From assembly GCA_012295275.1 (NCBI GenBank), contig CM022672.1, positions 30,442,001 to 30,506,000 on the forward strand: DNA of 64,000 bases, in the 5' to 3' direction. The position numbers and the translations under genes are program-made. Of this stretch, positions 52,295 to 64,000 are shown in pieces. The notes under the pieces are model-generated. The model was not told the DNA's origin. It did not search any database and saw only the letters and a list, made by a program, of their open reading frames with translations. Source of the stretch: Chrysomallon squamiferum. Lineage: Eukaryota > Animalia > Mollusca. The stretch's first letter is position 1; each line of letters starts with the position of its first letter.

Positions 52295-52809
52295 GTACAT
52301 ACGTACATACATACATACACACATACTACATACATACATATCCAAATGTAAACACACTGACATAACGGTAATAATGCTGTTTTAATTTTATAAACAGATG
52401 TTTTAGATAGATAAGACAGACAGACACACAGAGAAATATACAGATAGATAAATTAGTTTTTAGCCCACGATATAAAACTCTTGTTTCATGAACACGTAAT
52501 TATTTTCTTCGTTTCCTGCTTTTGGTCGAACGTTCGTTTTTGTCACCAGTACTGAAAGAGTTGTGCCCCTTTAATATGTGCATTTTAAAAAATAGATTGT
52601 CTTTGTGTTGAATAATCATAAATTTAAATAAAAAAAATACAACACATTGTTAAACAGATATTACACGTCAGACAGAATTAGTGGTTCACAAACACACGAA
52701 AACGTACTTAATACGGGTTAATATTTTAAAAAATGGTATAGTTATTTTATTAAAAATTATTATTCATTGAAATAAATACGATATGTAGACATGTGCATAC
52801 ATCTACATA

Positions 52810-53147
52810 CAGGTACCGGACCAATTATCCGGACTCTTTGGGGCTTGAGGCATTCCGGATTTCTGGATTTTCCGGTTTTATGGTACCAAGCATCTAAATA
52901 TATAATAATTAGGCATAAACATTTTAAAATTAAAAATATAAAGAAAATTGACGATACACAACTGTGACGAATCGACACGTAAACAATGCGGCGAGTGAAT
53001 GAACGCCACGCGGCTTGAAAAAGTAGTTCCGGTCTGGTGAGGACAACAACCGCGCGCGCTATGTATGAAAATTTTACGTCTGGAAAAAACTTCCGGTTTT
53101 CTAGTCTTTCCGGATTTCGGGACGCCGGATAATTGGTCCGGTACCTG
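52810..53147 (+). mobile_element. MITE family A copy 3, most complete (338 bp)
   Basis: Perfect 23-bp TIRs, TA on both sides. Confidence 0.93.
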
Positions 53148-53191
53148 TACAGACATATACTGAAAAATTTACACGAATTAAATCAGAAGTG

Positions 53192-53242
<51 letters not shown>

Positions 53243-53246
53243 TCTC

Positions 53247-53304
<58 letters not shown>

Positions 53305-53351
53305 TATGTATGTGTGTGTATGTGTCTCTGTGTGTGTGTCTGTGTGTTTGT

Positions 53352-53434
<83 letters not shown>

Positions 53435-54754
53435 CTTGGTCTGTTTAACAGCAACAGAAGTCGAGATCAAAGCGACTACACGACCATGTTTTCAGCCGAA
53501 GGGCGCGTTAATTCGTCACCACTGAAGCCGGTTCACTCCAAAGTCAGAAAGCGACTGATAGAACCAATTCTCCGCAGTCAGAATCTCCTGAATTCTGTTT
53601 CATGGTTCTTGATTGTGAGCAAAATGATCATTCTTTTCGTAAGATGTCGACGGAACCTCATAAAATTACTATTTAAGTGGTTAAGTCCGGATTGAAATGA
53701 TATCGAAGCTAGTTATTTATAAATTGTCTGACTGTGCGTCCACCTTCGTTAATAAATCATGTTTAGACACATCGCTTCTCGGTGTAGTGTTAGTTACAGA
53801 CAGTGTGACGGAGACCTATAACACAAACGTCTGTGAAGGTTTTCAGCAGTTTATTTATTTCTGATGCACGAAAAAGCGAAATTTGTACGGTCAACTGACT
53901 TCAATTTCTGAACTATTGCTGTGTGTTGTGATCCAGAAAAAATGATTCTCAAATGTGATCGTTTATTCTGTAATATTTCCCTTTTTCTTTTCTTTCTTTT
54001 TCGTTTTTTCTCGTTTTTTTTTTTATTTATTTTTTTTTTTTTAGCAGTTGTGGCAATGCCTTGGAATTAATATTGGAAATTACGATGGAATAAACGTGTT
54101 TAGTTGGTTTTATATTCTCGTTCTAAATTGCTTTGAACTTGTTAAAACAAAACGATGAACCCCTTAAAAATTAACATTTCCGATTTTCTAATTTGTATCT
54201 TCTGAATGTATTTCTTCAACTAGATCTTATCACTGATTAATTTTGCATGAAATATATATTTATAGTACAAGTAGAAGTGAAGATTTTATTTTGTTTTATC
54301 TAATGCAACTTAATAATTTTACCAATTTTGGCGGCACATATCAATGCAAATATACTTTGCAGAGCTATAAGAAAAATTAGAGTGAATACTTGAAACTCTT
54401 GGTATGATTTATTCTGGTTTATCAACGAAAGTCTCGCAAACAGCTGTCAAGCTATTTGAATAACAACTTTCAATTTGTTTTATACTTGAAATCAAGATAA
54501 AAAGATGTACAATTATAGTTAGGAATCATCGTTGTATTTCCAAAACAGAAAATGTGTTTTGAGTCCACCAAAAACTACATATTCTCTGTTTGATGTTTAA
54601 AGATAATGAACAAAAATATAAACAAAATATCTTCTGTTTTTAGTACCATATCTCTGTCTTAGTTTCCATTTTCTTCTTTTATTTATTACATTTTTATCTT
54701 CTACAGAAATGTATTCAGTTGTTTGCATGTTTGGAAGACACAACATTTTCATGA

Positions 54755-55015
54755 CAGCTTGAGTGTCCGTTACCTGAAATTCCGAAATCCGAAAAACTCC
54801 GAATAGTTCCGAAATCGTAAACTTTTCCGAGGAGCAGAAATACCGGTATGCATCAGTTTCAGCAGTGTTTTGTACATACTAAAATTATTTTATGACATAA
54901 AATTAGTAAAAACTGTTTGTAAAAGCTGTATATATGAAATTTAGATGGAATTCGTGTTTAGACTTAGATCCTATTCTCAGGCCATCTTCTTATATTCCAA
55001 AATTCGAGACATTTT
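54755..55015 (+). mobile_element. Degraded Tigger-type MITE resembling Tigger4/MER46 (Zombi)
   Basis: Starts cagcttgagtgtccgttacctgaaattccgaaatccgaaa and contains gaattcgtgtttagactt.gatcc...attccaaaattcga. Family similarity is recalled from memory, not searched. Right TIR missing. Confidence 0.6.
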
Positions 55016-55046
55016 TAAGAGTTATTTCCCTTTCATTTGGCTCATT

Positions 55047-55190
<144 letters not shown>

Positions 55191-55664
55191 GTTATTATCA
55201 TTATTATTATTTTGATGCCCTGTAAGAACATTATGATATAAAGTTTTCGATTGTTTATTTTCTTTTGTTGTTGTTATTTGTAACATTTTATTTTATTTAT
55301 TTATTTGTTTATCTTAAATAATATTTCAGTTTACTGAAGAGTGAAGAAAAAGACAAAAGTCTACATGGAAATAAGAATAAATTGTTTAATAAATTTTTGT
55401 TTATGCTTCCGTATTATTATTTGCTGTTATATGTGATCCATCTTCACTAATAACGAAAACTACTAAAATAAAGTAAATAAAGTTATTTCCCAACCGGAAC
55501 TGTGACGTCATCATAAACTTGACACGTGAGAGATGTAATCATTTGTACAATACTAGAAAAAGTTTAGAGCAAATCAGGCTGCCTCATACGTGATGACGTC
55601 ATTACCTAAACTGCCGAGGTTAAAATAAATCTTTTGGGGTAATTTTCATTAGTAATTTAGACTG

Positions 55665-55729
<65 letters not shown>

Positions 55730-56030
55730 GAAAGGGAAAATAAAACGAAAGAAACTTGGACGTATGCGAAAGATATTTATCTTATTTGTTTTCATTTCGA
55801 ACAAAAATAAATAAACAAAACTTCATAAATAACATCTCGTTCTCTTTGTTATTCTGACTTGCAACGTGCGCGCGTTTGCGTATTAGTTTATTTTATGTAT
55901 GATAGAGAGTGATAATCATAATTATCACAGAAAAACATATTCTTATTAATTATGAAAAAACATATGCATAAATCCATTTATATGGAACAGTTATAGTATA
56001 ACAAATGTCAAGCTGTATTAATCTTATATT

Positions 56031-56036
56031 TTTATT
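56031..56036 (-). promoter_or_regulatory. Candidate polyadenylation signal of the TSP1-CBM14 gene
   Basis: AATAAA about 28 nt after the stop codon; the hexamer is common in AT-rich DNA. Confidence 0.4.
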
Positions 56037-56063
56037 TTCTTTCATTGAACTCGCTGACACAAA

Positions 56064-56215
56064 TTAGCATGTACCAAATGAACAAGTTGATTTTTTTGTG
56101 TCCCAGACAGTTCCTGGGGGACAAGCAAACTTGTGACCTACACCTCTGAAACACATGACGAAATGACCACAAGTCTTTCCAGCTATGAAGGCAACTCCTA
56201 CTTTAGGACAGTCAT
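56064..56215 (-). CDS. CBM14/peritrophin-A chitin-binding domain, terminal exon
   Basis: [50 protein letters not shown]: six Cys with the C..F..C and CP.G..W/F.....C pattern. Confidence 0.88.
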
Positions 56216-59200
56216 CTGAAAAGTATGATAGTAAGCGATAAAAGCCTGTAATAGACACACTCATCAGCCCTATATGAATCACTGACAAATATTTTGTTAA
56301 TTTATATTACTGATTTCTACAAATACAAAATTCTACTGTTTTAATAATCTCTGACTGTTTAATTTATAATAACTGAAGAATATTAAAATTGAAACAGAAC
56401 ACTCAGGAATGTATGTATGTGTGTATGTATATAACAAAATTATTAAATCATTTCTGTTTATGACCATCTTTGCTATTAATATGTTTTACACTCAGATCTA
56501 ATTTTTCTATCTTCAGTAATTACCAACCAGGACCACATTTCTCTATGTTACAGGGAACAGTTTTCACTTCAGTTGTTTCTCCTTCACATGACTTTCCACC
56601 ATTTTTAGGAGCAGGATTATCACATGTTCTGCTTCTTGACTGGTTTTTGTATCCTGTTCCACACAATTTTGAACATTCAGTAAGATTCTTCCATTCTGAC
56701 CAAGTACTCCAACCACCATCAACTGTTAATAATATAAATTTGTGTTTATGACTGACATGAGCTTGGAAAAAAATGATATTAAAATTTAGACATAAACTTA
56801 TCCCCGATCACCAAGTTTAGATTATAAGAATCTTGAATTTCCAGTGTTATTAATGAACAGGAAAACCCAATTAAGATATACATTATTAATTACTAACCCG
56901 CACCACATTCCTCTATATTACAAGGAACATCTTTCACTTCAGTTGTGTCTCCTTCACATGACTTTCCACCATTTTTAGGAGCAGGATTGTCACATGTTCT
57001 GCTTCTTGACTGGTTTTTGTATCCTGTTCCACACAGTTTTGAACATTCAGTAACATTCTTCCATTCCGACCAAGTACTCCAACCACCATCAACTGTTAAT
57101 AATATAAATTTATAGTTATATCTGAACACTGCATTCAAAACAAATGAAATCAAAATTTAGACATAAACTTATCACAGATGACCTAGTTTAGATTATCAGA
57201 ATCTTGAATTTCCAGTGTTATTAATCATAAAAAATAGTGTTAATGGTACCGTTTTTTTTATTTTATTTTGGTTTTGTTCCTACAATGGATTAGAAGTTGC
57301 AGTTAATCAGGAACAAGTTAACAGTTTAACTTTGTACCTGAATTAAAAGACTGCTAAAGATCTTTTTTGTTTGTTTTTAAAGATATACATTATTGACTAC
57401 TAACCTGGACATGGCTCTGTATTACAGGGAACATCTTTCACTTCAGTTGTTTCTCCTTCACATGACTTTCCACCATTTGTAGGAACAGGATTATCACATG
57501 TTCTGTTTCTTGACTGGTTTTTGTACCCTGTTCCACAGACTTCTGAACATTCAGTCACATTCTTCCATTCCGACCAAGTACTCCATCCACCATCAACTGT
57601 TAATAATATAAATTTGTGTTTATATATCTGAACACTGCATTGAATACAAATGAAATTAGACTTAATCATAACAAATCTTAATGGCAGTTAAGTGAGAAAA
57701 AATAATAGTTTGATTTTAACTGAATTATAAGAAAAATGATAATTTAGTTTAAAACATCTGTTTTGAAGATATTCAGAAGAGATACCGTATTTTGTCATCA
57801 ACTCTTGGAGCTAGTAATATTCTAAAGTAAATAATTAATTATTAAAACATTTTATGCTTTATCAACTTCAACACTTCATTTTTTGAACAGTGCTGTGTAT
57901 TGTAAATAATGGATAAGTGTATATTAAATTACTTGGACATGCTTGCAGATTACAGCTGGATGTTTGGTTTTCAGTGTTAGATCCATTGCACCAATGTCCA
58001 CCATAGGCAGGCACTGGATTAGTGCAAGTTCTGCTCCTGATTCCCACTTGAAATCCACCTCCACAAGTTTTGCTGCATTCATCGTATGACCAATCTGACC
58101 AAGATGCCCACCCACCATCCACTGTAATATAAAGAGTATACGTACTTACCTACCACCAACATATCTTCCTACATACATATATATATATATTTTAATATTC
58201 TTTTTCTTGAGATATACATTATTGACTACTAACCTGGACATGGCTCTGTATTACAGGGAATAGTTTTCACTTCAGTTGTTTCTCCTTCACATGACTTTCC
58301 ACCATTTGTAGGAACAGGATTATCACATGTTCTGCTTCTTGACTGGTTTTTGTATCCTTTTCCACATAGTTTTGAACATTCAGTAACATTATTCCATTCC
58401 GACCAAGTACTCCATGCACCATCAACTGTTAATAGTATAAATTTGTAGTTATGGCTGACATCATCGTGGAAGAAAATGAAATTAAAATTTAGACATAAAC
58501 CTCTCACCGATCAACTAGTTTAGAGTATAAGAGTCTTGTATTTCCATTGTTGTTAATCATACAAAAATAATCTTATTTGCTGGGGTTTTTTTATGGCTAC
58601 AATGGACTAAAGGTTACAGTTGATCAGGGACAACTATAGACTTTAATTTTGTAATTCAGATAAAAGACTGCTAAACGTCTTTTTTGTAAAGATATACATT
58701 ATTGACTACTAACCTGGACATTTCTCTGTATTACAGGGAACATCTTTCACTTCAGTTGTTTCTCCTTCACATGACTTTCCACCATTTTTAGGAGCAGGAT
58801 TATCACATGTTCTGCTTCTTGACTGGTTTTTGTACCCTGTTCCACACAGTTTTGAACATTCAGTAACATTCTTCCATTCCGACCAAGTACTCCATCCACC
58901 ATCAACTGTTAATAATATAAACTTGTGTTCATATATCTGAACACTGCATTGAAAACAAATGAAATTAAAATTGATCATAAAAAATCTTAATGGCAGTTAA
59001 GTGAGAAAAAATCGTATATTTATTTTAAATGAACTGTAATAAAATGATAATTTTGTTTAAAACATCTGTTTTGAAGATACTCAGAAGACATATCGCCGTT
59101 AGTCATCAACTCTTGGAGCTAGTAATATTCTAAAGTAAATAATTAATTATTAAAACATTTTCATGCTTTAACAACTTGAACACTTCATTTTTTTTTTTTT

Positions 59201-59982
59201 TTTTAAAGTGCTGTCGATTGAAAATAGTGGATAAGTGTATATTAAATTACTTGGACATGGTTGCTGATTACAGGTGTATGTTTGTTTTTCAGTTTTGGAT
59301 CCATAGCACGAATGTCCACCATAGGCAGGCACTGGATTAGTGCAATTTCTGCTCCTGATTCCCGCTTGTTTTCCACCTCCACAAGTTTTGCTGCATTCAT
59401 CGTATGACCAATCTGACCAAGATGCCCACCCACCATCCACTGTAAAATAAAGAGTATACTAGAATTTACAAGTGAAGAATCAGATGAAGCCAAGAAAAGT
59501 CTACTCCATTGACTGCTCATTTTTACCTTACTTATTTAATTACTTACATATTTACACAGATTCTTATGTATTGATTCATACATTACCTTGCCTGCTTGTA
59601 CACTTATTTACTGATTTAGTACTTACATATTCAGTTATATATTCCTTTAACAATTAGTCACTGATGTACTTAACTAATTGTTACATACTTGCTTAGTTAT
59701 ATATTTACATACTGTCATATCTACTTACATATATATCTACTAATTGATACTTTTACTTAGATATTTCCTTAGATTAATAATTACAAATTTATTTATTTGC
59801 TTTTGTATATGCTTGTTTTCATATTTACATATATATTTACATACATATATACATACATTCAAACTAAAATGTTTATTGATATACACACATACATATGCAT
59901 ATTAGTAGAATACATAAACATACGCAGCATGCAGACACATGTACTTACCTACATACCTGCCTTTCTGTCTACCTACCTACCC

Positions 59983-60018
<36 letters not shown>

Positions 60019-60756
60019 TGGTACCTCGGGTTACGAGTGTCCTAATTTACGAGTTTCTCGAATTACAAACAGTGGCTTGGTCGATATTTGCTTTGAGTTG
60101 CGAGTCAGTATCTGAATTACGAGCGAGCTTCAGATACTATTCCGCTCGTTGGCGGAATGAACAACAACCATCTGGCCAGCATCCCGCGTCTCACTTGTTT
60201 ACTTCACGTGGTTGCCTCGTCGTGGAAGCATCTTTGTTGTGTTGTGTTCGCGTTTCGTGCAGTATTTTGACAAATTTCTTTTCCACGGATCCTAAGAAAG
60301 TGAGTGCAAAGGGCAGTGCTGAGAAGAAGAATCGGATGATGTCCATTGAAGTAAAGTTTGAACTCATAAAAACACATGAGCGTGGTGTGCATGTCCTAGG
60401 CAGCACGAGCATAGTACTTCTACAGTATGTACCATACTGAAGCATGAGGAGTCGATGAAGACTATAACTCCAGCCAAAGGCATTCAAATAATTTTTCTAA
60501 TCTCCAAGATAAATACACTTTACAAAACCAATTTATTTCTTTACATTCTCTTTTATTTTGATTTTATTCAATATTTGTCATTTATAAATATATTTTTCTT
60601 ATTTAAAAACAAGTCCAAGAAAACAGAAAACAAAACAAACAAAAATCAAAAATGGGGTTGTTTTGGGGTCGGGAAAATTGATTTTATATATGAGCGAACT
60701 GAGATACGAGCTCAGTCACGGAATGAAAAAAGTCGTGAGTCAAGGTACCACAGTAT

Positions 60757-60813
<57 letters not shown>

Positions 60814-61392
60814 ACATGGAGAGACACACTAACATGGAGTCATTTATTAAAAATGAGAGAGAAAACTTGCACTATATAATTCTTAAATTATTGACATAAA
60901 TATAACACTCACCTCTACACTTGTGTGTATTGCAGATCACAGTCCGTGTCTGGACACCCGACCCCCGACAATCACTTCCACCATATCGAGGTGATGGATT
61001 GTTGCACCATCTAGTTCTTCTCTGATCTTTGATTCCAGATCCACATGGCCTAGAACAGTCACTGGTGTCCCTCCAAGATGACCAGCTGCTCCAGCCACCA
61101 TTAACTAATCATAAATAAGATAATTAAGTTTATAACAAATGTAAATTATAGTTAAATGATTGGTGCAAAGAATTTACAAATTAAGAATCAGATGAAGCCA
61201 GGAAAAGTCTACTCCGCTGACAGCTCATTTTTGGCTTACTTATTTAACCACTTATATATTTATATAGATTCTTATGTACTAATTCATATATGAACTTGCC
61301 TGGTTATATATTTATTTACTGATTTAGTACTTACATATTCAGTTATATATTTATCTAACAATCATTTACTTATGTACTTAATTAATCCTTAG

Positions 61393-61424
<32 letters not shown>

Positions 61425-61618
61425 TTGCTTTTGTACATGCTTTCATTCATATTTACTTATATGCTTGCATATGTATAGATATACATACATTCAAACTACA
61501 TTTTGTATTAACATACATACATGCAAATGCATATTAATAGAGTATATAAATGTACACTGCAGCACACTCACATACTTACCTACGTACTTACATATCTATC
61601 TACCTACCCATACATACA

Positions 61619-61665
<47 letters not shown>

Positions 61666-63046
61666 ACAACCTTTAAAATTTCTTCCGACCTCCTTGAGAA
61701 AAGGATAAATATAGCCATACCAAATAAATAAAAAATAAAAATAAATGAATGAAAATAAATTATTAAAAATATTAAACAAACAACCAAGGAAACATAAATA
61801 ATTTTATCTAAAAATTGTAAATTTTATATATTATATATATAGAGAGAGAGCATATGCATGCAGAGACACACTCAGATGAACTCATATATTAATTATGAGA
61901 CTGAAAACTTACAATTTATATGAGGTTTTCACAGAATGTGGCCCTCAAAATGAATCAAGGACATGCACTATATCAATTTTATATTATTGACATTAGTAAA
62001 CCACTCACCTCTACATTTGTGTGTATTGCAAGTCACAGTCCGTGTCTCGACACTGGATCCCTGACAGTCACTTCCACCATTTCGAGGTGATGGATTGTTG
62101 CAGGATCTGTATCTTCTCTGATCTTTGTGTTCAGATCCACACAGGCCATAACATTCAGTGGTGTCCCTCCAATATGACCAGCTACTCCAGCCACCATTAA
62201 CTAATCATAAATAAGATATTGAAGTTTATAACAAATGTAAATTACAGTTAAATGATTGGTGCAAAGGCTTTTGTCCTCATATTATGTCTTAGGAAGTAAA
62301 AACTTCAATTTGCCCACTGCGCTATTTCCCATTTCTGCAAGTACCTCATGATGTACTTACCAAATACAGTTCTATGTGGTATTCTAATTCTAAATGTAAA
62401 GCATTTAAAGCATTGTTCATGGTTATTCACTGAAAAGTTTTATTTTTTATTTTTTTATTCTTTTGTTGTTGTGTTTTTGGTATTTATTTATTTATTTATT
62501 TATTTATTTTATTTTATTTTATTTTATTTTATTTTTTTTTATATTTTTTTTTTTATTTTATACTCAACAGGCAAAAACAAAATTGCAGACATTAAATGAA
62601 AATTAAATGTCCTGAAAATCCGAACTAAATGCAACTAAGAAATAACACTAATGCTAACTGCCTTAAGTAAAAGAAGAGTGGAATAATGCTCTATTTAATA
62701 TCCAAAGAAACTCGAGAAAAGACAAACCATTTACGGTTTATCAGATTTGTAAATATTTTATTAGTTTGTGAAAAACGAATGTTAATCAATTATAAAGTAA
62801 CAAGATACATAAACCAATTCTTAGGAATTGTTAAGTTACAACAAAGGCTAACATTGTTGAGTTATATTTACTTTCACATGCTGCTCTACAACAGAGTTGT
62901 TTTGTTGAGTTATACTTACTTGCAGGAGGTCGAGTTGTTGTAGGTGGTGCCCTAGAAGGCACACGACTGCGAGTCCACCATCCCCACAAAAATGCTTCAG
63001 TACAGACCAATAATACACATACGATTAACAGTGTAAACAATTTCAT
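56064..63046 (-). CDS. Secreted protein of about 668 aa: signal peptide + 9 thrombospondin type-1 repeats + C-terminal chitin-binding type-2 (CBM14) domain
   Basis: 11 exons with all introns in phase 1: 63046-62920, 62200-62009, 61104-60913, 59439-59251, 58905-58714, 58425-58234, 58121-57933, 57596-57405, 57092-56898, 56722-56528, 56215-56064. They sum to 2007 nt, open from ATG to TAA. Confidence 0.92.
56528..56722 (-). CDS. TSP1 repeat exon 9
   Basis: Paralog of exons 4/5; 195 nt; phase-1 donor G|gttggt. Confidence 0.9.
56898..57092 (-). CDS. TSP1 repeat exon 8
   Basis: Paralog of exons 4/5; 195 nt; gttagt donor. Confidence 0.92.
57405..57596 (-). CDS. TSP1 repeat exon 7
   Basis: Paralog of exons 4/5; 192 nt. 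Confidence 0.93.
57933..58121 (-). CDS. TSP1 repeat exon 6
   Basis: Paralog of exon 3; 189 nt. Confidence 0.93.
58234..58425 (-). CDS. TSP1 repeat exon 5
   Basis: [10 protein letters not shown]...; 192 nt. Confidence 0.93.
58714..58905 (-). CDS. TSP1 repeat exon 4
   Basis: [10 protein letters not shown]...CSKLCG...[14 protein letters not shown]; 192 nt. Confidence 0.93.
59251..59439 (-). CDS. TSP1 repeat exon 3
   Basis: [10 protein letters not shown]...CSKTCGGG...[14 protein letters not shown]; 189 nt. Confidence 0.93.
60016..60753 (+). mobile_element. Internally deleted Tigger/pogo DNA transposon in an intron of the TSP1 gene
   Basis: TA-CAGTGGTACCTCG...CAAGGTACCACAG-TA termini; interior encodes a broken transposase N-terminus. 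Confidence 0.88.
60285..60500 (+). pseudogene. Tigger/pogo transposase N-terminal (CENP-B-type HTH) relic
   Basis: [36 protein letters not shown]...[12 protein letters not shown], with ACG at the probable former start, frameshifts and truncation. Confidence 0.82.
60913..61104 (-). CDS. TSP1 repeat exon 2
   Basis: [10 protein letters not shown]...CSRPCG...[17 protein letters not shown]; 192 nt; paralog of exon 1. Confidence 0.93.
62009..62200 (-). CDS. TSP1 repeat exon 1
   Basis: [10 protein letters not shown]...CYGLCG...[17 protein letters not shown]; 192 nt; gtgagt donor. Confidence 0.93.
62920..63046 (-). CDS. TSP1-CBM14 gene: signal peptide exon ([42 protein letters not shown])
   Basis: Classic signal peptide, an acceptor-like catag immediately before the ATG, gtaagt donor. 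Confidence 0.88.
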
Positions 63047-63344
63047 CTATGACAGAATACAAAAAAATATATAGATATACAGATATATATGCACACATAT
63101 GTAGTATTCTACAGATACACACATGCTCACAGCCATATATAAAGATGAAATCTGGTCAGAAAAGAAAATGTCACAGCCTTTAAAATTTCTTCCGACCTGT
63201 TTGAAAAGAGGATAAACATAGCCATCCAAAATGAGTACAAAAAAAAAAAAAAAAAAAAAAAAAAAATGAATGAAAATAAATTATCAAAAATATTAAACAA
63301 ACAGCCAAAGGAAAATAAATAATTTTAGCTAATAATAAAGTATA

Positions 63345-63415
63345 ATTTACCTTCGGATTCCAGATTGTTTAGATCTGTTCTATGAACAAATTCAAAAACT
63401 TCATATAGATAAATG
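63345..63415 (-). promoter_or_regulatory. Candidate short 5'UTR exon and core promoter of the TSP1-CBM14 gene
   Basis: Donor-like GAAG|gtaaat at 63351, TATA-like TCTATATGAA near 63400-63410, and an acceptor AG directly before the ATG implying an upstream non-coding exon. Confidence 0.35.
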
Positions 63416-64000
63416 GTGAGGATTGTAACACAATGACTGGGAAAAAAACACTGACACAGAGAACAGCCAAAATGAAATCAATACGCAAATTTAATTAACT
63501 CGCACTGGAGACATCTGTTGTTATATCAAATATTTCCTTCATATTAAGTTACTCCTAATGAAAAAGAGATATCGTTGGAAATATTTAAAATTTTGTTTTA
63601 ATATTCGGGTAAACGTCTCGTTGATATATAATGTTCAGCATAACAGTTCCAGGATCATTTTTTGGGTTATTTTCCCATTTCTACGAAAGCTCTGTGTCGT
63701 TTCTTTCAGATTTAAATTAAGTCTGACCTCAGTTGTGAGTAATAAATATCTTGTAATATCTTCATTCAAATGTTCATTCATTCAATTATTCATATATACA
63801 AGAACTACTGCAGTTTCTCAAAACAGTCGTTCGTTGGTTTCACTCTTAAGATTTAATTTCTATCACCACGTTATCTTGCTGTGATGAAAAACCAAATTAG
63901 AATAATTAAAACCTTTGACTCATCAATGGTAATTTCAAAAGGTTAGTTTTACAGGGTTCTTTAAATTATTTGTTATGGTATTCAGTCGTACTGAAATTTC

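Noticed and set aside
56064-63046. Calling the TSP1 gene hemicentin, SCO-spondin, semaphorin-5 or ADAMTS
   Set aside because: The gene is complete from signal peptide to stop and lacks Ig, vWA/vWD, Sema and protease domains

Overview
AT-rich, microsatellite-dense animal genomic DNA. An invertebrate such as a mollusc is my inference; the taxon cannot be determined from this window. Nearly all ORFs in the supplied track are translations of microsatellites. Manual splice reconstruction supports two minus-strand genes. (1) A GH20 beta-N-acetylhexosaminidase (HEXA/HEXB family) with at least 13 coding exons from 19999 down to about 280 and an intact HIGGDE catalytic motif. It has a long N-terminal extension and two anomalies: a one-base frameshift in an A6 run at 13951-13956, and a penultimate exon whose conserved start is replaced by microsatellite sequence. 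(2) A complete secreted protein of about 668 aa (63046-56064): signal peptide, nine thrombospondin type-1 repeats expanded by exon-intron cassette duplication, and a C-terminal CBM14 chitin-binding domain. The rest holds Tc1/mariner-pogo-type MITEs, a Tigger transposase relic, minisatellites, local duplications and a cluster of TCACGTGA (CLEAR-like) palindromes in the 5' region of the hexosaminidase. I found no CRISPR array, RNA gene or prokaryotic-type system.
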